This document shows, in pieces, positions 42,921 to 51,948 of a stretch of 64,000 nt of DNA. Source of the DNA: Candidatus Poribacteria bacterium (GTDB lineage Bacteria; Poribacteria; WGA-4E; WGA-3G). Within the stretch, counting starts at the first letter, position 1, and each line of letters starts with the position of its first letter. The notes beneath the pieces were generated by a model that worked only from the letters and a program-made list of their open reading frames with translations, did not search any database and had not been told where the DNA came from. The stretch lies in assembly GCA_963663765.2 (NCBI GenBank), contig CAXXUA010000005.1, positions 96,001 through 160,000 of the forward strand, read 5' to 3'. The translations under genes were made by a program, and so were the position numbers.

Positions 42921-43244
42921 CTAATGAAAACTCTAAAAACACAATCCATAAACAACTTTCATTGCATTATTACACAGACTAATGTACATTTCAACAATTA
43001 TATCAATTGTTGACAGTTTTTTCAACCGAAAGTTTTATTAAGAGTCAAAACATGACTTTCTTTAAATTTGGAATTATGATACAATAAATTCTGCTGATAC
43101 ACTAATAAACTACCCATAAGTTTATTGGAAATAAATGTATTGTATTTTAATAGTTCATTGGTTTGTTAAATTTCCTTAGATTCATCTGAATGTTACCTAT
43201 AAATATTACCAACCTTATTCATGGTTAAGAAGAGATAATTTATA

Positions 43245-44660
43245 ATGAAAACTACATTTCTGATTTGTATCTTTACAGTTGCCATCATACTACCCATCAC
43301 GCAAACTTATGGTGCAGTAACATCTGTCGGTGAAATCAACGTTGTTGATGAATCAAAGGGCATTGTTCCTGCAAGTTCAACCATACCCTTAATTATTACA
43401 CTTATAATCGATAGGTCAAGGGCAGTACCTGGTGAGGAAATTAAAACAATTGAAATTCTTATGCCCCCAGGTTATGAACCGCTTATATCGGATTTTGAAT
43501 ATGTTTTACATGATGGAGAACAAGAATCCGCAACAGCAGTTGTTTCCAGTGGCAATGTTTTACGCATACAACTTTCCGAACTGATCCTTGACAAGAATGA
43601 GAATTTTTCTTATGAAATCATTTTTGACTGTAAAACTCCTAATAATTTTGGTGAAACCAAATTCCAAGTGAGACTCCGAAACCTCCAGGACGATCCAATT
43701 GGTGAATTCATAAAACCAGGGGAAGCGGATGGAAAACAGAATAACAACGATTTTACTTTGCAGGTGATCCCAAATGTACCCCCTACCGCCGTTTCAGGTT
43801 TCACTGCCGAAGCAGACAAGAATGGTGAAAACGATGTCACCCTACGTTGGCAAAAATCCTCTGACCCAGATGTCAGTGGATACCTTATCTATCGGGATAC
43901 GGAATTTCAAATTGATGTGATTGAACGTGAGGCAACCACATACCGTGATATAAATATTCTACCTGGAAACCACACTTATGAGATTGCCGCTTACAAGATC
44001 AAAACATTACAATCTGAAAGATCTCCAATACAGAACGTGACTGTTACAGAAGATACCGCTGCTCCGAAACCACCAACAGCCATCCGTATCAGTACCTCTG
44101 GTGATGGTGTGGAAGTGTTATGGAAACCAAGCATTAGTCGGGATGTCGTAAAATACCATATCCTGTTTGGATCAGTGGATACTGTAATACTCAAAACCTT
44201 ACCCGAACGCGAAAATTTAACGCCACACCCTGACGATGTTGCAGAAGGTTTTACACATAGATATATTCATAGTCAGGTTTTGTCAACGGGGAGTTTCACC
44301 TATGCAGTCATCGCAATAGATGAAGCTGGAAACGAATCCGAGCAGATACAGAAAAGATACCGTATCTTTGATAAACCATATCCCAATCCGTTTACACCTC
44401 TCTCACCAGACCCAGATTTTAACACAGTTGTTTTCTCAAAACGTAACATTGATGACGTAGAAGAGGAAGGTGAATTCAATCTGATGCTCTACAATTTGAA
44501 TGGTGTCCTCGTCAAAACCATAACTGCCGAAATTAGTGAAATTGAACTTAAATGGGATGGTAAAAACGAAAACGGAGAAATCGTTGAAAGCGGTATTTAT
44601 ATATATCAATTGCAGGTTGGTGACAACTACAAGACAGGCACAATTATTGTAGCAAAATAG
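43245..44660 (+). CDS. Secreted FN3-domain protein with C-terminal FlgD-Ig/T9SS-CTD-like domain
   Basis: Signal peptide, two FN3-like repeats, PYPNPFTP...WDGKNENGEIVESGIYIYQL. Confidence 0.8.
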   Translation: MKTTFLICIFTVAIILPITQTYGAVTSVGEINVVDESKGIVPASSTIPLIITLIIDRSRAVPGEEIKTIEILMPPGYEPLISDFEYVLHDGEQESATAVVSSGNVLRIQLSELILDKNENFSYEIIFDCKTPNNFGETKFQVRLRNLQDDPIGEFIKPGEADGKQNNNDFTLQVIPNVPPTAVSGFTAEADKNGENDVTLRWQKSSDPDVSGYLIYRDTEFQIDVIEREATTYRDINILPGNHTYEIAAYKIKTLQSERSPIQNVTVTEDTAAPKPPTAIRISTSGDGVEVLWKPSISRDVVKYHILFGSVDTVILKTLPERENLTPHPDDVAEGFTHRYIHSQVLSTGSFTYAVIAIDEAGNESEQIQKRYRIFDKPYPNPFTPLSPDPDFNTVVFSKRNIDDVEEEGEFNLMLYNLNGVLVKTITAEISEIELKWDGKNENGEIVESGIYIYQLQVGDNYKTGTIIVAK

Positions 44661-44876
44661 AATGGTATTAAACTTGTTCAGTATCATACCATCTATTTTT
44701 TGTCTTTTAATGTTGCATCCAGCTTAAGCCTGTTTTTACACAAGACTAAACATATTAGAAGATTTCAAATTAGGTTAATTTGGAATTAGAAATATTTGAC
44801 ATATTGTCAGATACACAGTTATACTATCATAAACAAGACTCTACTCAGAGATATTTAAGTTGTAAAGGAGTTTTTA

Positions 44877-45899
44877 ATGTACAAAAATAAGTCGTCACTT
44901 TATATGTATAGAATCATTAGACACGCACTCATTTTAGTTTTCATAATTGCTTTTCCTGCAATGGCAGGATGGGTGGTCATGCAAAATAAGGATCCTGAAT
45001 TTAGGGATTATATGGCAATCGCATTTACGAATAATAAAAACGGATGGGTTGCAGGATCGGCATTAGCTGAAGATTTTGAAAATCCAGGATTTATTGGTTA
45101 TACCAAGAACGGCGGAACAACATGGCAGAAATCTGATATAAAACTCGCAGCGGACCTGACCGGAATTTACTTCTTAGATGAGAAAAATGGATGGGTCATT
45201 GGGGCAAAAGGACTAATCGCTAATACCTCCAACGGAAAAGACTGGGAAATACAAATTAGTAAGATTGATGCTACACTAAAGAGTGTCTATTTCGTTGATA
45301 AGGATGTTGGGTATGCTGCAGGAGAAAATGATACGATTCTATCTACAACAAATGGTGGACGACGATGGGTAATCCTTGGAGGTGGACAAGTCGGAGCTAT
45401 CGGTGATAACGATGCAAGTATGTTCAATGCCGTTCAGTTTATTAGCAAAGAAACCGGATGGATCGCGGGTGTTCGAGTTTTTCCATCAACAAAAACACAG
45501 AAAAGTATTATCCAGAAAACAATGGATAGTGGACGGACTTGGGTAGTACAAGAAACAGGCACTGAGGATATTTTAGAGGATATCTTCTTCATTGATGACA
45601 CAACAGGATGGGCTGTCGGTGAAAACGGTTTGATACTACAAACCCAAAATGGTGGTGACCTATGGACACCGCAAACAAGTGGAACCGAAGAAAAACTCAG
45701 TAGTGTCAGGTTCGCAGACAAAAACATGGGATGGGCAGTCGGAGGTGATTACGGAGTCGGAGTCGTACTCAGCACAACTGATGGCGGAGAAACATGGGAA
45801 GTAGAAGAATCCAAGGAAAAAATGGTAAAAGTGTTTGTACTTGACAAGAAAAACGTTTGGTTAGCAGGTACAAGTGGCATCATCTTAAAGACAGAATAA
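44877..45899 (+). CDS. YCF48/BNR-repeat beta-propeller protein
   Basis: Repeated F.D...GWAVG..G.I..T.NGG.TW units and a signal peptide. Confidence 0.9.
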   Translation: MYKNKSSLYMYRIIRHALILVFIIAFPAMAGWVVMQNKDPEFRDYMAIAFTNNKNGWVAGSALAEDFENPGFIGYTKNGGTTWQKSDIKLAADLTGIYFLDEKNGWVIGAKGLIANTSNGKDWEIQISKIDATLKSVYFVDKDVGYAAGENDTILSTTNGGRRWVILGGGQVGAIGDNDASMFNAVQFISKETGWIAGVRVFPSTKTQKSIIQKTMDSGRTWVVQETGTEDILEDIFFIDDTTGWAVGENGLILQTQNGGDLWTPQTSGTEEKLSSVRFADKNMGWAVGGDYGVGVVLSTTDGGETWEVEESKEKMVKVFVLDKKNVWLAGTSGIILKTE

Positions 45900-46013
45900 C
45901 GAACAAAAATCAATAGAATATTCTGGATCAGGAATAGATGTATACAACCTGAAGCACCATTCATTAGGGCAACTCGCGAAAAAAACTTGCGACTGATAGA
46001 CAGGAGGAACATT

Positions 46014-47186
46014 TTGACTAGTCCTACATTCGCCAAGCGCATGAGCCGCTTGGGAACCGAATCCGCTTTTGAGGTATTAGCAAAAGCAAAAAGCTTAGAA
46101 GCACAAGGCAAAAATATTATTCACTTAGAGATAGGTCAGCCAGACTTTTCGACTCCCATGAATGTGTGTGAAGCCGCATTCAAGGCAATGAAAGACGGTC
46201 ATACTGGATACTGCCCATCAGCAGGATTACCTGAATTTAGAGAAGTTGTCGCACAGCATATCACTGATACGCGCGGTGTTGAAATTCATCCCGATGAAGT
46301 CACAGTCACACCCGGGGCAAAACCTATTATCTTTTTCACTATTCTTGCATTAGTTGATGAAGGTGATGAGGTGATTTATCCCGAACCCGGATTCCCCGTC
46401 TATGAATCTGTAATAGATTTTATAGGGGGAAAAGCTGTACCACTTCCGCTTCTTGAAGAAGTAGATTTTCGTTTTCGCATAGATGACCTAATTGCATCTA
46501 TCACGGAAAAGACGAAACTACTGATCCTTAATTCTCCACAGAACCCAACAGGTGGCACCCTCACAACAGCAGACCTACATGCCATAGCAGACCAAGCACA
46601 AAAGCATAACTTCTATATCCTTGCAGACGAAATCTATTCGCGCCTGCTCTATGAAGGCACACATCAAAGTATTCTTAATCTCCCTGGCATGAAAGAAAAA
46701 ACTATACTGATTGACGGTCATTCAAAAACCTATGCTATGACAGGCTGGAGGCTTGGATACGGTATCGCACCACGCGAAATCGCTGACAAAATTACCCGGT
46801 TAACAATAAACTCCAATTCATGCACTGCTACCTTCACACAAATTGCTGGGATTGAAGCACTGACTGGACCGCAAACCTTTGTCACACAGATGGTGAACGA
46901 ATTCAAGAAACGTCGTGATGTCATTGTAGATGGATTAAATGCAATTGGTGGTATAACTTGTATCAAGCCGTTGGGATCGTTCTACGTTTTCCCGAATGTC
47001 ACACAACTGCCGCTTCCTTGTGAAGAATTGGCTGATTATCTGATGGACGAAGTGGGCGTTGCACTACTGCCAGGTACTGCTTTCGGTAAATACGGAGACG
47101 GGTATCTTCGACTTTCTTACGCCAATTCCTTGGATAACATCAATGATGCACTCAGTCGCATACAATCTGCTATTTCAAAGTTGTAG
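46014..47186 (+). CDS. Aspartate aminotransferase family (class I) enzyme
   Basis: GQPDF, NSPQNPTG, DEIY and SKTYAMTGWRLG motifs. AGGAGG SD before the TTG at 46014. Confidence 0.93.
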   Translation: MTSPTFAKRMSRLGTESAFEVLAKAKSLEAQGKNIIHLEIGQPDFSTPMNVCEAAFKAMKDGHTGYCPSAGLPEFREVVAQHITDTRGVEIHPDEVTVTPGAKPIIFFTILALVDEGDEVIYPEPGFPVYESVIDFIGGKAVPLPLLEEVDFRFRIDDLIASITEKTKLLILNSPQNPTGGTLTTADLHAIADQAQKHNFYILADEIYSRLLYEGTHQSILNLPGMKEKTILIDGHSKTYAMTGWRLGYGIAPREIADKITRLTINSNSCTATFTQIAGIEALTGPQTFVTQMVNEFKKRRDVIVDGLNAIGGITCIKPLGSFYVFPNVTQLPLPCEELADYLMDEVGVALLPGTAFGKYGDGYLRLSYANSLDNINDALSRIQSAISKL

Positions 47187-47206
47187 ACCTTGGTAAGGAC
47201 AAAAGT

Positions 47207-48124
47207 ATGACTGGCAAGGCAACTGCACGTATTCCAGCAAGTACCACAAACCTGGGACCAGGATTTGATGTACTGGGACTTGCTTTGCAACTATACAGTA
47301 CAATAACCTTAGACATCACAGGCAACAGTTCTGAAGTTGTTGTAAGTGGTATAGATGAGGACAAAATACCGAGCAGTACTGATCACATCGCATTTCAAGC
47401 AGTAGAATTGATCTATCAAAGAAGCGGAATCCCTATACCCAATGGTTTAAAACTAACCATAGCAAACGGTATACCTGCTATTCGGGGTTTAGGTGGCAGC
47501 GGCACTGCAATCCTTGGAGGATTACTAACGGCAAATGTGATTTGTGGAAATAAGTTTACGCCTTCAGAAATCCTCAACTTTGCATCAGTTATAGAAGGAC
47601 ATCCAGATAATGTTGCAGCCTCTTTATATGGGGGGTTAGTAATTTCGGTACAAGAAAAAGAACACATCCATACAATCCAATTAAAATGTGATCCTAATCT
47701 TAATGTTGTCCTTGCAATTCCCGATTTTACATTGTCAACAAAAAAAGCTCGGAACGTTTTGCCAAAAACCGTTGATTTTGCTGATGCCATCTACAACATC
47801 AGTCGAAGTTCTCTACTTGTCGCAAGCATAGCAACAGGAAAATTGGATATGCTCTCAGTGGCAATGAATGATAAAATACATCAACCTTATCGTAGTTCCC
47901 TAATTCCCGGTTTTGATGATGTCGTTGAAGCTGCAACATCAGCAGGTGCATTAAGTATCGCATTAAGTGGGGCAGGTCCCACCATCGCAGCATACTGTAC
48001 GCAGAACATGGACAAAGTTGGAAGCAAGATGCGGACAGTATTGCAAAAGCATAATATCTCTTGTGAAATTAAAGTACTCGCAGCCGACCTTGAAGGCGCA
48101 AAAGTACAAGTTCATAATGGTTAA
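47207..48124 (+). CDS. thrB: Homoserine kinase
   Basis: PASTTNLGPGFDVLG, EGHPDNV, HQPYR and SGAGP motifs. Confidence 0.96.
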   Translation: MTGKATARIPASTTNLGPGFDVLGLALQLYSTITLDITGNSSEVVVSGIDEDKIPSSTDHIAFQAVELIYQRSGIPIPNGLKLTIANGIPAIRGLGGSGTAILGGLLTANVICGNKFTPSEILNFASVIEGHPDNVAASLYGGLVISVQEKEHIHTIQLKCDPNLNVVLAIPDFTLSTKKARNVLPKTVDFADAIYNISRSSLLVASIATGKLDMLSVAMNDKIHQPYRSSLIPGFDDVVEAATSAGALSIALSGAGPTIAAYCTQNMDKVGSKMRTVLQKHNISCEIKVLAADLEGAKVQVHNG

Positions 48125-48190
48125 CATCTATTGTTTTGATTAAATCCTATAGCAACTATTGTCAGAAATATGTGACGTTAGGAAAAATAA

Positions 48191-50920
48191 ATGGCAAATT
48201 ATTACGCAGAAAGCATCTCATTTCTGCTGAACCAATTTAATACAGACTTGGAAGCCGGTTTAAGCCATGCAGAAGTAGAGAAGTTGAGGGAACGTTTTGG
48301 TGAAAACAAACCGAATTTCAAAATGGATAATGTACATATAGTACCATTTCTTCAGCAAATGCTAAACTGGAGATTATTCCTATTATTAATCACCACAGTG
48401 GTCAGTGTAATCTTCTTTGATAACAGGTTGCTCACCTTGCTAATTGGCACAATTTTGATTCTAACCTTTTGTTGGGGAATTATAGTCACAATCAATTTCA
48501 AACGTAAACGTAGACACTACAAAACGCTATTCAACCACACTGTTTCCGTAATACGCCAAGGTAAACAAGAAAAGTGCCTACCTTCCGACATCGTACCTGG
48601 AGACTTGCTGCTACTTAGACAAGGTAACTACATCCCCGCAGATGCACGTATCGTTCAAGCAGATGGACTAACTGTCAATGAATCTGCCCTATTCGGAAGT
48701 AGCGGTTCAGCAACAAAAACCGTAAAACAGATTAGTGAAAACGGACTATCACCTGAAAAACAGACAAACATGGTCTTTGGTGGTACTTATGTTGATGCTG
48801 GAATAGGACATGCTGTTGTGGTCAGAATAGGAAACGAACTGGAGATGTACCAGAACCCTAACAACACACGACAGATGCCTAATGAGATGACAATCGCAGA
48901 AAATCAGATAAACTTCTTCAGAGATATTCTGAAAGTTACTGGTATTGTTTTAGGGGGAATCGCCGTTTCTATTTATTGGTGGCAAAACTCACAGCAGAAC
49001 GTTTCACCGAATTGGGAAGAATTCATCCAAGTCGGTTTAATCTTTGCAATCGCTGCTACGCCTTATAACCTTTCCTTGCTTCTACACATCATCCTTGAAA
49101 ATAGAACCATAAATCTAATAAAAAAAGGTATTGTACTTCGGAATAGGCATTTCTTTGAAAAACTGAACCGACTCACTGCTTTCTGCACAGATGAAAAAGG
49201 TATCGCAAGTACAACTTCGCTTACTATTTCCAACATCTTCGTTGATGAACAGATTATCAATCGATCCGTATGGGAAAAATGGGTGAAATCTCTGGAATCT
49301 CAATCACAAGAAGAAATAAGTAAGCGAGTCAACAATATCCCACCAGGATTCCACATTCCACAGGGGGCGCCCGGATTAGTCTTGACAGCAGGATTAGGAA
49401 CTTCAGGTGAACGCTATTATGATAGAACTGATATTGATCACGCACATCAGCATGTAATACAAAATACTATGGAACAACTTGGATACAAACTAACCGACTT
49501 GACTCTAAATATGAAACTCATAGCTGAATACCCATGGACACCAAACTTTGGCTATGAACTTCATGTATTTGAATCGGGCGAAAACGAATATCTAAACATT
49601 CTATTCGGTGATGCGCACAACGTGCTTGAAGCTTGTGATTCTATACTCATAAATGGTGAAGTAACAGAACTTCGCTATGATCAGTATGAACTCTGTCATG
49701 AAACTCTCAACTATATGCAAAATGCAAGGGATACGGTTTACGGTGTAGCATCCATAGATTCTAACATGCCTTTTACACCTCACGACGTGTATGGTCCCTC
49801 TACTTTTCTGGGGTTCATCAGTTTTTCTGTCACTGATATCAAAGAGACAAAAGAGGTCGTAAAATCATTTCTTGATACTGGTATAAAGGTAATTCTATTA
49901 AGTGAAAGTGATGAGTTAACGACGACAGACTTAGCAAAAGAACTCGGTCTCATCCACACACGAAACGCTGTCGGTACAAGACAAGAACTCATGCAACTTA
50001 ATACCCAAGAATTCGACCAAGAAGTACCAAATTGGAATGCGTACTCACAACCCACCCAGGAACAGCGCAGAAATATCGTACTCAGTCTAAAACGACACAA
50101 CCACTCGATCGGTTATTTAGGGCAAAGTTCCATCGACCAACGCGCAATGACTACTGCTGACTTGGTTTTTGCTGATACAAGATATGCAACCCATTTTGCA
50201 CAAGACCATGCGGATTGTTTGATTATTGACAAAGGTTTTAAAGCAGTTAAAGATTGCTTACTCTATGCACGCGAAGCATATCTAAATCTTGCTGGCTCAA
50301 TACGATGGTGCCTCTCTTGCACACTAGCACAGTTATTGACTGTCCTCTTTGGACTAATCTTGCAAGTAGGGTTCAACTTTGAAATGCCACTTACACTCAC
50401 TCAAGTAATCTGGGTACAGTTTCTGACAACGATGATCCCAGCAATAGGTTTAGGTTACGAACAGATTTTTCTTAATGAGACACAACACCACCCGAGCAGA
50501 AGAACAAACCTGTTACCAAAAACGGCTGTGATGGACATTATCTGTAGAAGCCTTGGTATAAGTCTAATGACAATAATTCACTTTCTTGTATTAACATCTA
50601 CTGCTACTGAATCCAACCTTGAACAAGCACGTACCGCAGCCTGCACTACATTGATCTGTACACAGGTGCTTTCATATTTCCAATGTGCACGCTATCCGTG
50701 GGAGTCGTTATTTAAAAGGATGTTCGCAAACTTCCGTCTACTCTTAGCTCTTATATTCGCTATCGGTCTACACGTAGCAGCAATGTACTTTGAACCAATT
50801 CAGACTATTTTAGATATAGTTCCACTTCAGAACGATTGGATCATTACAGCCTTATGTAGTGTAATTTTGTTGTTGTTACCATTGAATTTGGCAATAAACC
50901 CACGAAAAGAAAGTAATTGA
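48191..50920 (+). CDS. Degenerate P-type (P2-like) ATPase homolog
   Basis: Full P2 topology (VPGD, IPADAR, about 10 TM), but DKTGT is DEKGI, TGES is FGSS and GDGVND is GQSSID. Confidence 0.85.
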   Translation: MANYYAESISFLLNQFNTDLEAGLSHAEVEKLRERFGENKPNFKMDNVHIVPFLQQMLNWRLFLLLITTVVSVIFFDNRLLTLLIGTILILTFCWGIIVTINFKRKRRHYKTLFNHTVSVIRQGKQEKCLPSDIVPGDLLLLRQGNYIPADARIVQADGLTVNESALFGSSGSATKTVKQISENGLSPEKQTNMVFGGTYVDAGIGHAVVVRIGNELEMYQNPNNTRQMPNEMTIAENQINFFRDILKVTGIVLGGIAVSIYWWQNSQQNVSPNWEEFIQVGLIFAIAATPYNLSLLLHIILENRTINLIKKGIVLRNRHFFEKLNRLTAFCTDEKGIASTTSLTISNIFVDEQIINRSVWEKWVKSLESQSQEEISKRVNNIPPGFHIPQGAPGLVLTAGLGTSGERYYDRTDIDHAHQHVIQNTMEQLGYKLTDLTLNMKLIAEYPWTPNFGYELHVFESGENEYLNILFGDAHNVLEACDSILINGEVTELRYDQYELCHETLNYMQNARDTVYGVASIDSNMPFTPHDVYGPSTFLGFISFSVTDIKETKEVVKSFLDTGIKVILLSESDELTTTDLAKELGLIHTRNAVGTRQELMQLNTQEFDQEVPNWNAYSQPTQEQRRNIVLSLKRHNHSIGYLGQSSIDQRAMTTADLVFADTRYATHFAQDHADCLIIDKGFKAVKDCLLYAREAYLNLAGSIRWCLSCTLAQLLTVLFGLILQVGFNFEMPLTLTQVIWVQFLTTMIPAIGLGYEQIFLNETQHHPSRRTNLLPKTAVMDIICRSLGISLMTIIHFLVLTSTATESNLEQARTAACTTLICTQVLSYFQCARYPWESLFKRMFANFRLLLALIFAIGLHVAAMYFEPIQTILDIVPLQNDWIITALCSVILLLLPLNLAINPRKESN

Positions 50921-51106
50921 ACCCCGTAAACACAACTGAAATTCAGACCAATAATTCCAATAATTTTCAAATACACTACTGTGAAGTCCCTGTAATAATT
51001 CCAATTCTAATATGGTGAATCTTATAGCAGATTTTAAAATACTTGGACATTGCTACCGGTCCGGTTGGAAGACAGTTCCTACCGCATTTCCTGTAGCACA
51101 AACTTT

Positions 51107-51375
51107 ATTAAGATTAATTTATTAAACGGGTAATCATTTATTTTTCACTCGGTAGGCGGGGAATGCCTAAAGAAGCATGCGCGTATGGCATGCTCCATGA
51201 TTCATACCCGGGGAATGCCTAAATGGCATTCATACCGTTGATTTCTTGATTTCTTGATTACTTGATTTGGTGCTTTGTAAGCGCGCTGATATGTCAAAAC
51301 CCAACAGCGCGCTTACAAAGCACGCCTACCGTGGCTGGATTAGGAGAATTACCTAATTTATTTATTAATCTTCAT
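51107..51375. mobile_element. MITE family B inserted in a REP loop, with multiply nested micro-elements
   Basis: Flanks rejoin as GTAGCACAAACTTT|TTAGTTTATG. Nested insert at 51159-51270. Confidence 0.8.
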
Positions 51376-51660
51376 TTAGTTTATGTCGTATTTGCGCAAA
51401 CTGAAAGTTTACGCTACAGAGGTGTAAGGATAATTACAAATATTATTAAATAAATGGCATTTCTACCCACGGTAGATGCGGTTTCCATACCAATGCATAA
51501 TCTCAAACCGTTGATTTTTAGGAATACCTATTTAATTTTAACGAGTACACTTGTCATAACTTTTAATAAATTCTAATCTAAATAATCAATGGCACTTCAC
51601 TTCGTGTCTTAGTTCTTACTCGCTATGAGTTAATAAGCAATTTCCTGTAACGTAAACTTT

Positions 51661-51816
51661 ATGAAGATTAATTTATTAATTGGGTAATAAATATTTCTCA
51701 TACGGTAGGCGTGCTTTGTAAGCGCGCTCTTGGGACTTGATGTACCAGCGCGCTTACAAAGCACGCCTACCAGGGTAGGTTAGATAAAATATCCTAATTA
51801 ATTTTATAATCTTCAT
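51661..51816. mobile_element. MITE family B, empty REP pair, inserted in a REP loop
   Basis: Flanks rejoin as GTAACGTAAACTTT|TCAGTTTGCG. Confidence 0.8.
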
Positions 51817-51948
51817 TCAGTTTGCGGTCCTCGGATGCACAAAAAAATATAATGTGATACAAAGTGCGGTTATGTGAACAGAATTCAAAACATTAAGGAT
51901 TTCATATCACTTACACCGAGTTAACGTTAACGTACAAAGGAGTATATA

